Shown here in pieces: positions 32,778 through 43,202 of a DNA stretch of 64,000 nt; the first letter of the stretch is position 1; every line of letters begins with the position of its first letter. The position numbers and the translations under genes were made by a program. The stretch comes from Candidatus Eiseniibacteriota bacterium (lineage in GTDB: Bacteria; Orphanbacterota; Orphanbacteria; Orphanbacterales; Orphanbacteraceae), in contig JAJRWB010000014.1 of NCBI GenBank assembly GCA_024276995.1, forward strand, positions 71,712 to 135,711, read 5' to 3'. The notes beneath the pieces are model-generated. The model did no database searches and was not told where the DNA came from. It saw only the letters and a list, made by a program, of their open reading frames with translations.

Positions 32778-34226
32778 ATGGAAATGAAGTTGGGCCTTCA
32801 GGCGCGGATGCTGCAGACGCAGAAGCTGGTAATGACGCCCCAGCTCCAGCAGGCGCTCCGTTTTCTCCAGATGCCCACACTCGAGCTGCAGCAGGTTCTG
32901 AAACAGGAAATCCTCCTCAACCCGGTACTCGAAGAGGTGGACGAGATCCTCGACGGCGAAGAGGAGGAGGCGGAGGCGCGCCGGGAAGAGCCGGAAGGGG
33001 CCGCGGAAGGGGCGAAGGAGGACGGCGATGCCCAGGGGGAAGAGAAGCAGCCGGAAATCGACTGGGACGAATACTTCCATTCCCCACAGGATTACAGCTA
33101 CAGGCGGGAGCAGGAAGGGGGGAGGGACGAAACGTACGAGCGGGTCCTGTCCACCACGGTGCTCCTGTCGGAGCATCTTCTCTCGCAGCTTCGCATCTCC
33201 ACCGACGACGACGAGATCCTGCGGATCGGGGAGTTCCTCATCGGCAGCCTCGACGAGCGGGGATTCCTAACCCTCGAGCTTTCCGAGGTAGCGGAATCGG
33301 TCCGCGCCGGCATGGAGAAGGTAAAAGAGGCGCTCGAGCTGATCCAGACATTCGACCCCGCCGGCGTGGGGGCGGCCGATCTACGGGAGTGTCTCCTCCT
33401 CCAGTTCCGCAGCGCCGGCGACGATCAGAGTCTCGCCTTCCGGGTGGTGCGCGATCACTTCGATGATTTCGTGCAGAACCGCTACGCCGAGATCGCGAAG
33501 AAGCTGAAAACCACGGCCGGCGAGATCCAGGACGCTTCCCGCGAGGTGGGCAAGCTGAACCCCCGGCCCGGGATGCTCTACGCCGACGAGGATCCGCGCT
33601 ACATCACGCCCGACCTTGTGGTCGATCGGGTGGGCGATGAGTACGTGGTCTACCTGAATGATCAGAACGTTCCGAGACTTCGCGTCTCCCGTACGTACGA
33701 GAAGTACATTACCGGCGGGAACAGCACCGACAGCACGACGAAGGAATACATCCGGAGCAAGCTGAACGCGGCGAACCAGCTCATCAACACGATCGAGAGG
33801 AGACGCCGCACCATGGTGAAGGTGATGAAGGCGATCGTCGACAACCAGCGGGAGTTCCTGGAGAAGGGAATCCGATTCCTCAAGCCGATGACGCTCCAGC
33901 AGGTGGCGGATGAGATCGGTATGCACGAGTCGACGGTGAGCCGCGTCACGTCGAGCAAGTATGTCCAGACCCCTCGCGGAGTGTTCGAGCTGAAGTTCTT
34001 CTTCTCCTCGAGCATACGATCGTACTCCGGCGAGGATGTGTCCACCAAGGGGGTCAAGGACAGGGTGAGGGAGCTGATCGAAAAGGAGGACAAGGCGCGT
34101 CCATTGAGCGATCAGAAGATCGTGGACCTGTTGAAAAGCGAGGGCTTCATGATCGCACGCAGAACGGTGGCGAAGTACAGGGAACAGATGGGACTGCTTT
34201 CCGCGCGCTACCGGAAACAGTTCTGA
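32778..34226 (+). CDS. rpoN: RNA polymerase sigma-54 factor
   Basis: ORF 32643..34226. ATG at 32778 gives MEMKLGLQARMLQTQKLVMTPQLQQALRFLQMP (region I). The RpoN box ..ARRTVAKYRE.. near the C-terminus. Confidence 0.9.
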   Translation: MEMKLGLQARMLQTQKLVMTPQLQQALRFLQMPTLELQQVLKQEILLNPVLEEVDEILDGEEEEAEARREEPEGAAEGAKEDGDAQGEEKQPEIDWDEYFHSPQDYSYRREQEGGRDETYERVLSTTVLLSEHLLSQLRISTDDDEILRIGEFLIGSLDERGFLTLELSEVAESVRAGMEKVKEALELIQTFDPAGVGAADLRECLLLQFRSAGDDQSLAFRVVRDHFDDFVQNRYAEIAKKLKTTAGEIQDASREVGKLNPRPGMLYADEDPRYITPDLVVDRVGDEYVVYLNDQNVPRLRVSRTYEKYITGGNSTDSTTKEYIRSKLNAANQLINTIERRRRTMVKVMKAIVDNQREFLEKGIRFLKPMTLQQVADEIGMHESTVSRVTSSKYVQTPRGVFELKFFFSSSIRSYSGEDVSTKGVKDRVRELIEKEDKARPLSDQKIVDLLKSEGFMIARRTVAKYREQMGLLSARYRKQF

Positions 34227-34263
34227 TCCAGCGCGACCGGTTGATTCAGAAAGGAGATACGGC

Positions 34264-34800
34264 ATGCAGATCTCGATCACGGCGCGTCATTTCGACCTGA
34301 CCCAGGCACTCAAGGACCGTGCCGAGGGACAATTGGAAAAGCTTTCGAAATATGGAATCGATCTTCACGAGGCGCACGCGGTGCTCTCGGTGGAGAAGTA
34401 TCGCCACAAGGCGGAGATCACCCTGCGCGGCCAGGGTGTCCATCTCACCGGGTCCGCCGAATCGGACGACATGTACACCTCGGTCGACCAGTCGGTCGGA
34501 AAGCTGGAGGAGCAGATCCGGCGACACAAGGAGAAGGCGCGCGATCACAAGGCGCGCAGCGGAAAACCGGTCATGATGGGCGTGATCGGGGCGCCGCCTG
34601 AGACCGGTGCGGAGGGGGCGCGGAAGGTCGATGTGATCCGATCCGATGAAATGATCATCCCCACGCTCACCGTGGAAGAGGCGATCCTCGAGATGGATCA
34701 GAACGGGGACGAGTACCTTCTATTCACCAACTCGGTCACCGACAAGGTGAACATCCTCACCCGACGGGAGGACGGCAACTACGGCATGGTGGAAACCTGA
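34264..34800 (+). CDS. hpf: ribosome hibernation-promoting factor (long HPF)
   Basis: MQISITARHFDLTQALKDRAEGQLEKLSKY.. (sigma-54 modulation/YfiA family) plus a C-terminal dimerisation extension. Confidence 0.9.
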   Translation: MQISITARHFDLTQALKDRAEGQLEKLSKYGIDLHEAHAVLSVEKYRHKAEITLRGQGVHLTGSAESDDMYTSVDQSVGKLEEQIRRHKEKARDHKARSGKPVMMGVIGAPPETGAEGARKVDVIRSDEMIIPTLTVEEAILEMDQNGDEYLLFTNSVTDKVNILTRREDGNYGMVET

Positions 34801-34834
34801 AAGACGCATTCGTGCGACGGGGAAGGACCGATCG

Positions 34835-35782
34835 GTGCGCGGGTTGACTGTTCGAAAATTGTACGAGGACCGCAAGGAGGCGTTTCATTTCGAATGTCTC
34901 ACCGAGGTTCTCGAATCGGAACGGCTGATCACGGTGAGTGATGTCCACCGGCCGGGGTTGATTCTGGCCGGATTCACGAGAAACTTCCTGTCCGAAAGGA
35001 TCCAGATCCTCGGCGAAACGGAGATGCTCTTCCTTGAAACCCTCGATGCGGGACAACACGAGCGGGCGATCGACCGGCTGTTCGAGCAGAAGATGCCGTG
35101 TGTCATCATCGCGAAGGGGCTCGAGTACGACGAGATCCTGATGCGCCGCGCGTCGGAAGCGAGGATTCCGGTGCTCCGCACCCCGCAGTCGACGACGCCG
35201 TTCATCCACGAACTCACGGAGTACCTGGAAAACGCTTTCGCGCCGCAGACCACGGTGCACGGTTCCCTTGTCGATGTGTACGGTGTCGGACTGTTGATCA
35301 CCGGCAGGAGCGGGATCGGGAAGAGCGAGTGCGCCCTTGATCTCGTGGAAAGGGGGCACCGCCTGGTAACCGACGACATGGTGATCGTCACGCGCCGGCA
35401 TAACCTGCTTTATGGTGAAGCGAAAGAGCACCTCCGGTATCATATGGAGATCCGGGGGATCGGAATCATCGATGTGCGGCGCATGTTCGGCGTGCGCGCC
35501 ATCGGGAAGAACAAGAGGATCGACGTCGAGGTGCGGCTTCGCGAATGGAGCGCCGACGTGGAATACGACCGTCTCGGCCTGGAAGAGAGGATGACCACCA
35601 TTCTCGGCAAGAAGATACCGGTGGTCACCATTCCGATCATTCCGGGGAAGAACATCACCGTGCTCGCGGAAGTGGTGGCGATGAATCACCAACTCCGCGT
35701 CCACGGCATCCGGTCGGCGGAGGAATTGAGCGAGAACCTTGTCGGGACGATGGATCGTTCCCGGCGCCGCGCCGGCGGCTGA
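34835..35782 (+). CDS. hprK: HPr kinase/phosphorylase
   Basis: 315 aa. Walker A GRSGIGKSE. HprK signature ..LVTDDMVIV.. and ..MEIRGIGIIDV... Confidence 0.9.
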   Translation: MRGLTVRKLYEDRKEAFHFECLTEVLESERLITVSDVHRPGLILAGFTRNFLSERIQILGETEMLFLETLDAGQHERAIDRLFEQKMPCVIIAKGLEYDEILMRRASEARIPVLRTPQSTTPFIHELTEYLENAFAPQTTVHGSLVDVYGVGLLITGRSGIGKSECALDLVERGHRLVTDDMVIVTRRHNLLYGEAKEHLRYHMEIRGIGIIDVRRMFGVRAIGKNKRIDVEVRLREWSADVEYDRLGLEERMTTILGKKIPVVTIPIIPGKNITVLAEVVAMNHQLRVHGIRSAEELSENLVGTMDRSRRRAGG

Positions 35783-35827
35783 TCCGGAAGAACCGGTTTG
35801 CGCCCTTCAGCGCGGGAAAGCGGTGGA

Positions 35828-36106
35828 ATGAAGGAAAAACGGGTGATTGTCCGGAGGAAGAGGGGAATCCACCTCCGACCGGCGCAGGAAATCGTGAATC
35901 TCACGGGGCAGTTCGCGTGCGACGTGTTCCTCCAGAACGGGTCGTACCGGGTGAACGCGAAGAGTATCATGGGGATCCTCGGTCTCGCCGCCGCCGAGGG
36001 TCATGAGTTGACCATCACCACCGACGGGGTGGACGAGGCGGACGCGCTGAACGAGGTCTTCGATCTCATCGAAAGCGGTTTTCCCAACCTGAAGGAAGAC
36101 GAGTGA
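35828..36106 (+). CDS. ptsH: phosphocarrier protein HPr
   Basis: ORF 35798..36106. ATG at 35828 gives MKEKRVIVRRKRGIHLRPAQ (His-15 motif GIHLRP). A Ser-46 region (..KSIMGILGL..). Confidence 0.85.
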   Translation: MKEKRVIVRRKRGIHLRPAQEIVNLTGQFACDVFLQNGSYRVNAKSIMGILGLAAAEGHELTITTDGVDEADALNEVFDLIESGFPNLKEDE

Positions 36107-37890
36107 CCGGGACGCCGAGCGGGAAGGCCCCCGAGGCGGTCACGACGACGTTGCGTGGGATCGCCGTATCCCCCGGGGTGGCGGTGGGTGAAGTGTTCGT
36201 GCTCGGCTCGCGCGAAGTCGAGGTGGAGGCGCGATCGATCGAACCGTCCGAGGTGGATGACGAGGCGGGGCTCTTCTTCGGCGCTCTCGAATCGACGCGC
36301 TTCGAGATCGAGAAGATCCGCACCCGCTACCGCTCGGTGATCGGCGAGGAACTCGTCCGTGTTTTCGACGCCCAGATCTTGATTCTCGAGGATCCCGTGC
36401 TGCGCGAAGGTACGGTGCAGAGGATTCGGAACGAAAGGCAGGGGGCGGCGGCCGCCTTCCAGGCGATCATATCCGAGGCGATCGTGAACCTCGCCCGCGT
36501 GGAGAACGAGTACCTTCGCGACAGGGTGGAGGATCTTCGGGACGTCCGGCGCCGCGTGTTGCGCCACCTTTCCGGGAAATCGAAGAGCACCCTTTCCCAC
36601 ATCCGCAAGAACGTGATTCTCGTGGCCGATGACCTGACGCCGTCGGAGACGGTTCAGATTCCCCGGAGCAAGGTGAAGGGGTTCGTCACCCGCCAGGGGG
36701 GGCCGACGTCGCACACGGCGATCATGGCTCGGTCGCTCCAGATCCCCGCGGTGGTCGGTGTCGACGAGATTCTCGAGAAGGCGATTCACGGCGATGTCGT
36801 GGTGGTCGACGGGAGCGAGGGGCACGTGGTGCTCCATCCGGACGGCGATCTGCTCCGACGCGCGCGGGCCGCGCAACGTCGATCGGCACGTGTTTCAAAG
36901 GAGAGAAAACGTCTCCGGGAGCTTCCGTCGGTTACGAAGGACGGTGTCTTCATCGAACTACTCGCCAACGTGGAACTCCCGGAGGAGATCCCCGTGGCGG
37001 CGGAGAACCGCGCCGCCGGCATCGGTCTTTTCCGGACCGAGTTCATGTTCTTCCGCCACGGGAAGCTGCCCGACGAGAAGGAGCAGGCGGCGATCTACCG
37101 GAAGGTTCTCCGGCGCATGGCGCCGTGCCGGGTGGTGTTCCGTACCCTCGACGTCGGCGGAGACAAGGTTCTCGACCCGATGAGCGATTCCCTCGAGCCG
37201 AACCCGATGCTCGGATGGCGGGGGATCCGGATCTCCCTCGAACTGAGAGATCTTTTTCGCGGCCAAGTTCGTGCGCTCCTGCGCTCGTCGCCGGCGGGGA
37301 ACCTGGCGATCCTGCTTCCGCTGATCACCACGATGGACGAAGTGCGCGGTGCGAAGAGGATGATCGACGAGGTGCGCAAGGAACTTCTCCTCGAGGGCCA
37401 CACGCTGGCCGATCGCGTGCCGGTGGGCGTGATGATCGAGACGCCGGCGGCGGTTCATCTGGCGGACGCCATCGCGAGGGAAGTCGATTTCATGAGCATC
37501 GGTACGAACGACCTGATCCAGTACGGTCTCGCCGTCGACCGGGACAACATGAAGGTCGCCCACCTGTTCGATCCATTCCATCCCTCGATCTTGGCGATGG
37601 TGAGGATCGTTCTGGAGGCGGGAAAGCTGCGGCGCATACCGGTGAGCATCTGCGGCGAGATGGCGGGAGAGCCGCTTTGCGCCCTCCTGCTGACGGGACT
37701 CGGCGCCCGTTCCCTATCGGTCCATCCCTACCTGATTCCCGATCTGAAACGGCTGTTCAGCCTGATGAACATGTCGGACACGGCGAAGCTCGCCCGCAAG
37801 ACGCGGGGAATGTCGTCGGGCGCCGATATCCGCGAGATGGCGGAGGCGTTCGTTCACCTCCTCGAAAGCGGCGACCCGGCGATCGGCTGA
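36103..37890 (+). CDS. ptsI: phosphoenolpyruvate-protein phosphotransferase (PTS enzyme I)
   Basis: 595 aa. Phospho-His domain (..GGPTSHTAIMARSL..). PEP-utilising TIM-barrel motifs (..GLFRTEFMF.., ..SIGTNDLIQY..). Confidence 0.9.
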   Translation: MTGTPSGKAPEAVTTTLRGIAVSPGVAVGEVFVLGSREVEVEARSIEPSEVDDEAGLFFGALESTRFEIEKIRTRYRSVIGEELVRVFDAQILILEDPVLREGTVQRIRNERQGAAAAFQAIISEAIVNLARVENEYLRDRVEDLRDVRRRVLRHLSGKSKSTLSHIRKNVILVADDLTPSETVQIPRSKVKGFVTRQGGPTSHTAIMARSLQIPAVVGVDEILEKAIHGDVVVVDGSEGHVVLHPDGDLLRRARAAQRRSARVSKERKRLRELPSVTKDGVFIELLANVELPEEIPVAAENRAAGIGLFRTEFMFFRHGKLPDEKEQAAIYRKVLRRMAPCRVVFRTLDVGGDKVLDPMSDSLEPNPMLGWRGIRISLELRDLFRGQVRALLRSSPAGNLAILLPLITTMDEVRGAKRMIDEVRKELLLEGHTLADRVPVGVMIETPAAVHLADAIAREVDFMSIGTNDLIQYGLAVDRDNMKVAHLFDPFHPSILAMVRIVLEAGKLRRIPVSICGEMAGEPLCALLLTGLGARSLSVHPYLIPDLKRLFSLMNMSDTAKLARKTRGMSSGADIREMAEAFVHLLESGDPAIG

Positions 37891-38012
37891 ATCGGCCGAA
37901 GGGACGGTGTACTTGAGGGGCCGGATGGGCTATGATTCGCGGATAGGGGTGGGATCGAGGCGGTCCCGCCCGCCGAAATCCGGCGCCATAACGCAATCTC
38001 AGGGGGAAGCCG

Positions 38013-39155
38013 ATGTCCGTAGAGCATTTATTTACATCTGAATCGGTATCCGAGGGACATCCCGATAAAATCGCCGATCAGATTTCCGATGGAGTTCTCG
38101 ACGAGGTGTTGAGACAGGATTCGAAGGGCCGCGTTGCATGCGAGACCCTCGTGACGACCGGCCTCGTTCTCGTGGCGGGGGAGATGAGCACCGAGGCGTA
38201 CGTCGATGTGCCGAAGGTCGCTCGGGAGACGGTGAAGAAAATCGGCTACGATCGTTCGTCCCTCGGCTTCGATTGGGAGACGTGTGCGGTGATCACCTCG
38301 ATCGACGAGCAGTCCCCCGACATCAGCATGGGAGTCGACACGGGGGGAGCGGGCGACCAGGGACTGATGTTCGGCTACGCGACGAACGAGACGAAGCAGT
38401 ACATGCCGATGCCGATCCAGTTCGCCCACGAAATCGTGAAGCGGATGGCCGATCTTCGCCGGAGCGGGGAGATTCCCTTCCTCCGGCCGGACAGCAAGTC
38501 GCAGGTCACCATCCGCTACGTCGACGATCGCCCCGTCGAGCTTCACACCGTGGTGGTGTCGAGCCAGCACGATCCGGGTGTGAGCCGCGAGCGGATCCGC
38601 GAGGAGATCATCGAGAAAGTGGTGCGCCCCTGCGTACCGGAAGGACTCGGTGTACCCGATTCCGTCCTCTACCACGTGAACCCCACCGGCTCGTTCGTTC
38701 GTGGCGGGCCGCACGCCGATTGCGGTCTTACGGGAAGGAAGATCATCGTCGACACGTACGGGGGAATGGGGAGACACGGCGGGGGCGCCTTCTCCGGGAA
38801 GGATCCGACGAAGGTCGATCGCTCCGCCTGCTACGCGGCGCGTCATATCGCGAAGAACATCGTGGCCTCCGGTTTGGCCGAGCGGTGCGAAGTCCAACTC
38901 GCGTACGCCATCGGTGTCGTGCAGCCGGTATCGATCATGGTGGACACGTATGGCACGGGAAAGATCGACGAGAACCGCCTGGAGCGGATCATACGCGAAA
39001 GGTGGGATCTCTCGCCGAAGGGAATCATCGAGACGTTCAAGCTCCGCCGTCCCATCTACCGGAAGACGGCCGCCTACGGCCATTTCGGGCGGGAGGAAGA
39101 GGAGTTTACCTGGGAGAGTCTCTCCCATGTGGAGGAGTTGAAGAATGCCGTCTGA
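38013..39155 (+). CDS. metK: S-adenosylmethionine synthetase
   Basis: ..[20 protein letters not shown].. and [16 protein letters not shown] are MetK signatures. Confidence 0.9.
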   Translation: MSVEHLFTSESVSEGHPDKIADQISDGVLDEVLRQDSKGRVACETLVTTGLVLVAGEMSTEAYVDVPKVARETVKKIGYDRSSLGFDWETCAVITSIDEQSPDISMGVDTGGAGDQGLMFGYATNETKQYMPMPIQFAHEIVKRMADLRRSGEIPFLRPDSKSQVTIRYVDDRPVELHTVVVSSQHDPGVSRERIREEIIEKVVRPCVPEGLGVPDSVLYHVNPTGSFVRGGPHADCGLTGRKIIVDTYGGMGRHGGGAFSGKDPTKVDRSACYAARHIAKNIVASGLAERCEVQLAYAIGVVQPVSIMVDTYGTGKIDENRLERIIRERWDLSPKGIIETFKLRRPIYRKTAAYGHFGREEEEFTWESLSHVEELKNAV

Positions 39156-40416
39156 CACCGCAGTGAACCATAAGGTCCGTGATCTCGGACTTGCCGCCGA
39201 GGGGAGACTCAAGATCGACTGGGCCGAATCGCGCATGCCCGTGCTGATGGAGCTGAGACGGCGCTACTCGAAGACGAAGCCTCTCGAGGGGACGCGTATC
39301 GCCGGGTGCCTTCACGTGACGAAGGAGACCGCCGTGCTAATGCGCACTCTCGTCGCCGCCGGTGCGAAGATTTCCTGGTCGGGCTGCAACCCGCTCTCCA
39401 CGCAGGACGACGTGGCCGCGGCGCTCGCCGACGAGGGGATCGAAATCTACGCCTGGCACGGGATGAACGTGGAGGAGTTCTACTGGTGCATCGACAGGAC
39501 GATCGACATGGGACCGACGATGACCCTCGATGACGGCGCCGACTTGATCTTCACGATCCACAACCGGTTCGCCGACAAGGCGGCCGGCGTGTGGGGAGGG
39601 ACGGAGGAGACGACCACGGGAGTCCACCGGCTCCGAGCGATGGCCGACGACGGCGCCATGAAATACCCCGTCATCGCGGTGAACGACGCCGAGACGAAGT
39701 GGGATTTCGACAATGTCTACGGCACCGGACAGTCGTCGATCGACGGCATTCTGCGGGCGACGTCGGTGCTCGTGGCGGGAAAGACGTTCGTGGTTGCCGG
39801 TTACGGCCACTGCGGGCGGGGGTGCGCCATGCGGGCGAAGGGTCTCGGCGCGAACGTGGTGGTCACTGAAATCAACCCTGTCGCGGCGCTCCGGGCGACG
39901 CTCGAGGGTTTCCGAGTGATGACCATGGACGACGCCGCCGCCGTGGGCGATATCTTCATCACCGCCACCGGTATGAAGGATGTTCTCGTGGAACGACACT
40001 TCCACTCGATGAAGGATGGTGCGGTGATCTGCAACACGGGCCACTACGATTGCGAGATCAACATCGACGATCTCGAGAAAGCGTCGTCGTCGAAAAGGGA
40101 TATCCGCGAGAACAACGAGGAGTACGTTCTCGATGGCGGGAAGCGGATCTATCTCCTCGCCAAGGGAAGGCTCGTCAACCTGGCGGCCGCCGAGGGACAC
40201 CCCTCGGAAGTGATGGATATGAGCTTCGCCAACCAGTTCCTGGCGATGAAGTTCATTGCCGAGAACCGCGGCAAGCTGGAGAATCGGGTCTACGTCGTCT
40301 CGCCCGACCAGGACCGGGAGATCGCGGCGCTCAAGCTCGAGACGATGGGCTTGGGAATCGACGAACTCACCGAGGAACAGGTCCGCTACGCCACGGACTA
40401 CGCGGCGGGTACCTGA
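39145..40416 (+). CDS. ahcY: adenosylhomocysteinase
   Basis: 423 aa. A NAD-binding segment (..[12 protein letters not shown]..). Overlaps the metK end. Confidence 0.9.
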   Translation: MPSDTAVNHKVRDLGLAAEGRLKIDWAESRMPVLMELRRRYSKTKPLEGTRIAGCLHVTKETAVLMRTLVAAGAKISWSGCNPLSTQDDVAAALADEGIEIYAWHGMNVEEFYWCIDRTIDMGPTMTLDDGADLIFTIHNRFADKAAGVWGGTEETTTGVHRLRAMADDGAMKYPVIAVNDAETKWDFDNVYGTGQSSIDGILRATSVLVAGKTFVVAGYGHCGRGCAMRAKGLGANVVVTEINPVAALRATLEGFRVMTMDDAAAVGDIFITATGMKDVLVERHFHSMKDGAVICNTGHYDCEINIDDLEKASSSKRDIRENNEEYVLDGGKRIYLLAKGRLVNLAAAEGHPSEVMDMSFANQFLAMKFIAENRGKLENRVYVVSPDQDREIAALKLETMGLGIDELTEEQVRYATDYAAGT

Positions 40417-40449
40417 TCGGAGGGGTGATCCGGAATGAAGCGAAGCGGT

Positions 40450-40480
40450 GGGGCGGTCTTTGGGCCGCCCCGTTTTCTTG
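40450..40480 (+). terminator. Rho-independent terminator after ahcY (between convergent ahcY and lptG)
   Basis: GGGGCGG (40450-56), a loop, CCGCCCC (40465-71), followed by GTTTTCTTG. Confidence 0.5.
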
Positions 40481-40482
40481 CC

Positions 40483-41565
40483 TTACTTCCTCGTGAACCG
40501 GAAGAAGATCACCGACCCGAGTAGAAGGAAGATCGCGTTGCCGAGCCACGCGGAGACGACGGGCGGCACGACATCGTTGTAGCCGAGCGACTGGCCGACG
40601 CGGATGGCGAGGTAGTAGACGAAGCAGATCACCAGGGCGAGAGAAAAACCGATGGCGTTCCCTCCCCGTCTCAGGAGCGCCCCGAGAGGAGCGCCGAGAA
40701 GGACGATGATCAGGTTGTTGAAAGGGTACGAAAGCTTCATGTGGAGATCGACTTCTTGCTTTAGGACATCGCCGCCGCTCAGCTTCGCCTTCTCCACGAA
40801 CCGGCGAAGTTCGCCGTAGCTCATCTCCTTCGGTCCCTTGCGGATCTCCGACAGTTCCACCGGGCTTTCCGTCAATTCGGGAAATGCCCGCGAATCGAAC
40901 TCTTCCTCCTCGAGAAGGCGATCGCTGTCGAACACCCTCCGGTAACCGTTGTGAAATGTCCAGATCCCGTTTTCCCAAACCGCTTCCTTCGCATCGATCC
41001 GTTCGACGACGGTAAAGTCGGACAGCCGGGAAATAACGACGTCCCGCATCGTTCCCCTGCCGGTGTCGAGCCGGCCGATGGAGAATATCCGCTCGCCTTC
41101 GCCTATGAAGTTCACGTTCGTATGAATCTTCGAGGAGCGCGCCCTTTCCGGCTTGATCTTCATCCTTTCGATGGTTTTCACGCGAACGGCGCTTTCGGGC
41201 GCCACCGTCTCCCCGCCCAAGAGCGCGAGAAAACTCACCGCGAGACCCGCGGCGAGCACCGGGAGAAGCGATCTGCGGATGCTGATACCGGCGCTCGACG
41301 TGGCGATGAACTCGTTCGCCCGGGCGTGGGAACCGAGGGCGAAAAGGCACGCGAGGAGCATGCATACCGGTAGGGTGAGAAGAACGATTTCCGGAAGACG
41401 GTAAAGATAGTAGAGGAGCACCGTGAGAAACGGAACGCCGTGGTCGATGAAGTTGTCGATCTTCTCGAACAGGTCGATCACGATGAAAATCGACAGGAAC
41501 GACACGATCGAAAGGGCGAGTGTGCGAACGTAGCGACCGAGGATATACGTGTCGAGGATCCGCAT
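40483..41565 (-). CDS. lptG: LPS export ABC transporter permease (LptF/LptG, YjgP/YjgQ family)
   Basis: The minus-strand ORF 40483..41886 translates to MRILDTYILGRYVRTLALSIVSFLSIFIVIDLF.., the typical family N-terminus. The start sits at the position where the upstream paralogue ends. Six TM segments plus a periplasmic beta-jellyroll. Confidence 0.8.
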   Translation of the reverse strand: MRILDTYILGRYVRTLALSIVSFLSIFIVIDLFEKIDNFIDHGVPFLTVLLYYLYRLPEIVLLTLPVCMLLACLFALGSHARANEFIATSSAGISIRRSLLPVLAAGLAVSFLALLGGETVAPESAVRVKTIERMKIKPERARSSKIHTNVNFIGEGERIFSIGRLDTGRGTMRDVVISRLSDFTVVERIDAKEAVWENGIWTFHNGYRRVFDSDRLLEEEEFDSRAFPELTESPVELSEIRKGPKEMSYGELRRFVEKAKLSGGDVLKQEVDLHMKLSYPFNNLIIVLLGAPLGALLRRGGNAIGFSLALVICFVYYLAIRVGQSLGYNDVVPPVVSAWLGNAIFLLLGSVIFFRFTRK

Positions 41566-42953
41566 CACGACGCGTCCCGGCCGCTTCGCCCGGAGGAGAT
41601 CGCCGGGAGGAGGCGAATCCGCCCGGCGGCGCGGGGAAAGCGGAAGAAGCGCATTCTGCCGGCGCTTCGGCGGATCAGGATGATACCGAGACTGCCCATG
41701 AGAACGTTGGCCGCCCACATCGAGACGGCGGGGGGAAGGTAGCCTCTGTCCGCGAGTTTTTCGCCCCCCGTGAGGAAAAGGTAGTAGATCACGAAGAAGG
41801 CGATGCTGAAGCCGGCGCCCACCCCCAGACCGCCTCTCCTCGCGCGGATCCCGAGCGGCCCCCCGAGGAGGACGAAGACGATGCACGCCACGGGAAGGGC
41901 GTATTTCTTGTGGACCTCCACCATGTAGCGGTCGATCTTCTTTTGCCGGTCGTCGATCCTCTTCGAAAGGGCGGCGAGCTCGCGTCCCGAATCACGGATG
42001 GCCCGGCCGTATTCCCGGACGCGGAACGGTTCGATCGATCGTTTTTCCTTTTCCGGGGGACCCATCCTGTGGAGAATATCGAGCCGGGCGGCAATGAAGT
42101 TCGAAATGCTCTTCCTCCCTTCCGCCTCGATCTTGGCGATCTCTTCCCTGTACCCGGAAACCCGTTCGAGCATGTCGGCGGAACTGAGTTCCCTGTCCCC
42201 GCGGGTCTTCTTCTCCGATCGGACGAGATCGGACCCGATATTGGTGATTCTCACCGTGTGGGTTTCGAAGAGGATCCGCTGGTAGCGATCGGGGTTCTTC
42301 GCGTCCACCGCGTGGATCTCGCCGTCCTCGAGGTAGAGGTTGAGCACGTTTCCCCCGTCGGTGAATTCGAGGCGTCCCCGTTTCGCGATGATCGTTTCCT
42401 CTTCCTTGCCGGCGGCGTTCTTCTGGATCGTCACCGACTCGATCTCCGACGTTCTCTCGTTCAGCTTTTCCACGCGGATCGTATATCCTTGAACATTGTT
42501 GAAGGCGCCCGCCTTGATCGCGAGGGCGGGCCGTTTCCTGTGAATACTGATCAGAAGACTCGCGAGTCGATGGTTCGCGTCGGGAAGGACATCGTTGTTG
42601 AACTGGACGAGGAGCGCGGCGACGACGATCGATGCGACGATCGGCGGAGAGAGAATCTGCCACATGCTCATCCCGGCGGCCTTCATGGCGGTGATCTCGT
42701 TGTTCGCCGAAAGCCGGCCGAACGCCATCAGGGCGGCGACGAGTGTCGCCATGGGAACGATGAGCGCCACCATCCATCCGAGGGAGAGGAAGAAGACCTC
42801 CGCCACCACGCCGAGGGCGATTCCCTTCCCGAGAAACAGGTCGATGTAGTCGACGAGCATATCCATGACCAGGATGAAGGTGATCACCGCCATGCCGGCG
42901 AGGAAAGGCCCGATGTGCTGCTTGAGGATGTAGAGGCTCAGGGTACGTGTCAT
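41565..42953 (-). CDS. lptF: LPS export ABC transporter permease (LptF/LptG, YjgP/YjgQ family)
   Basis: The minus-strand ORF 41565..43040 contains MTRTLSLYILKQHIGPFLAGMAVITFILVM.. from the ATG at 42953. Paralogous and adjacent to lptG. Confidence 0.8.
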   Translation of the reverse strand: MTRTLSLYILKQHIGPFLAGMAVITFILVMDMLVDYIDLFLGKGIALGVVAEVFFLSLGWMVALIVPMATLVAALMAFGRLSANNEITAMKAAGMSMWQILSPPIVASIVVAALLVQFNNDVLPDANHRLASLLISIHRKRPALAIKAGAFNNVQGYTIRVEKLNERTSEIESVTIQKNAAGKEEETIIAKRGRLEFTDGGNVLNLYLEDGEIHAVDAKNPDRYQRILFETHTVRITNIGSDLVRSEKKTRGDRELSSADMLERVSGYREEIAKIEAEGRKSISNFIAARLDILHRMGPPEKEKRSIEPFRVREYGRAIRDSGRELAALSKRIDDRQKKIDRYMVEVHKKYALPVACIVFVLLGGPLGIRARRGGLGVGAGFSIAFFVIYYLFLTGGEKLADRGYLPPAVSMWAANVLMGSLGIILIRRSAGRMRFFRFPRAAGRIRLLPAISSGRSGRDAS

Positions 42954-43135
42954 TCCAGCTCCCTTCCAGCATCCCACCTTATAAGATGAACCCCGCCCAC
43001 TCAATCGCCTTTCCATCGATTCGTCTCCGGTGGAGGACAAGCCGTCCCGCTCCGGGTACGTTTGGATCGACGTCGCGCCGGAAACGGGAGAACCGCGGGG
43101 CCGACGGTGTGGTGTGGTTCTTGCATCTCATTGAT

Positions 43136-43152
43136 ACGGCACAGGATACAAT
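43136..43152 (+). promoter_or_regulatory. perfect 17-bp dyad ACAGGAT-ACA-ATCCTGT, a candidate enhancer-binding-protein or regulator site (about -85 relative to the sprA sigma-54 promoter)
   Basis: A palindrome read directly. Its size and distance are typical for a bEBP upstream activating sequence. Confidence 0.35.
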
Positions 43153-43162
43153 CCTGTCCCTC

Positions 43163-43194
43163 CGCGAGCCGCCACGGCGGTTTCCCCTGCCGTG
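43163..43194 (+). other. GC-rich perfect inverted repeat GCCGCCACGGC-N10-GCCGTGGCGGC in the lptF/sprA divergent intergenic region
   Basis: An 11-bp perfect stem with a 10-nt loop. It lies immediately upstream of the sigma-54 -24 element. Confidence 0.4.
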
Positions 43195-43202
43195 GCGGCA
43201 CC

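Noticed and set aside
37891-38012. Possible SAM riboswitch in the 122-nt leader of metK.
   Set aside because: No recognisable SAM-I, SAM-II or SAM-IV core motifs could be found by eye. An Rfam cmscan would be decisive, but nothing in the sequence supports it.
41520-42989. 489-aa plus-strand ORF antisense to lptF.
   Set aside because: The same GC-rich antisense artefact. lptF on the minus strand has clear family motifs.
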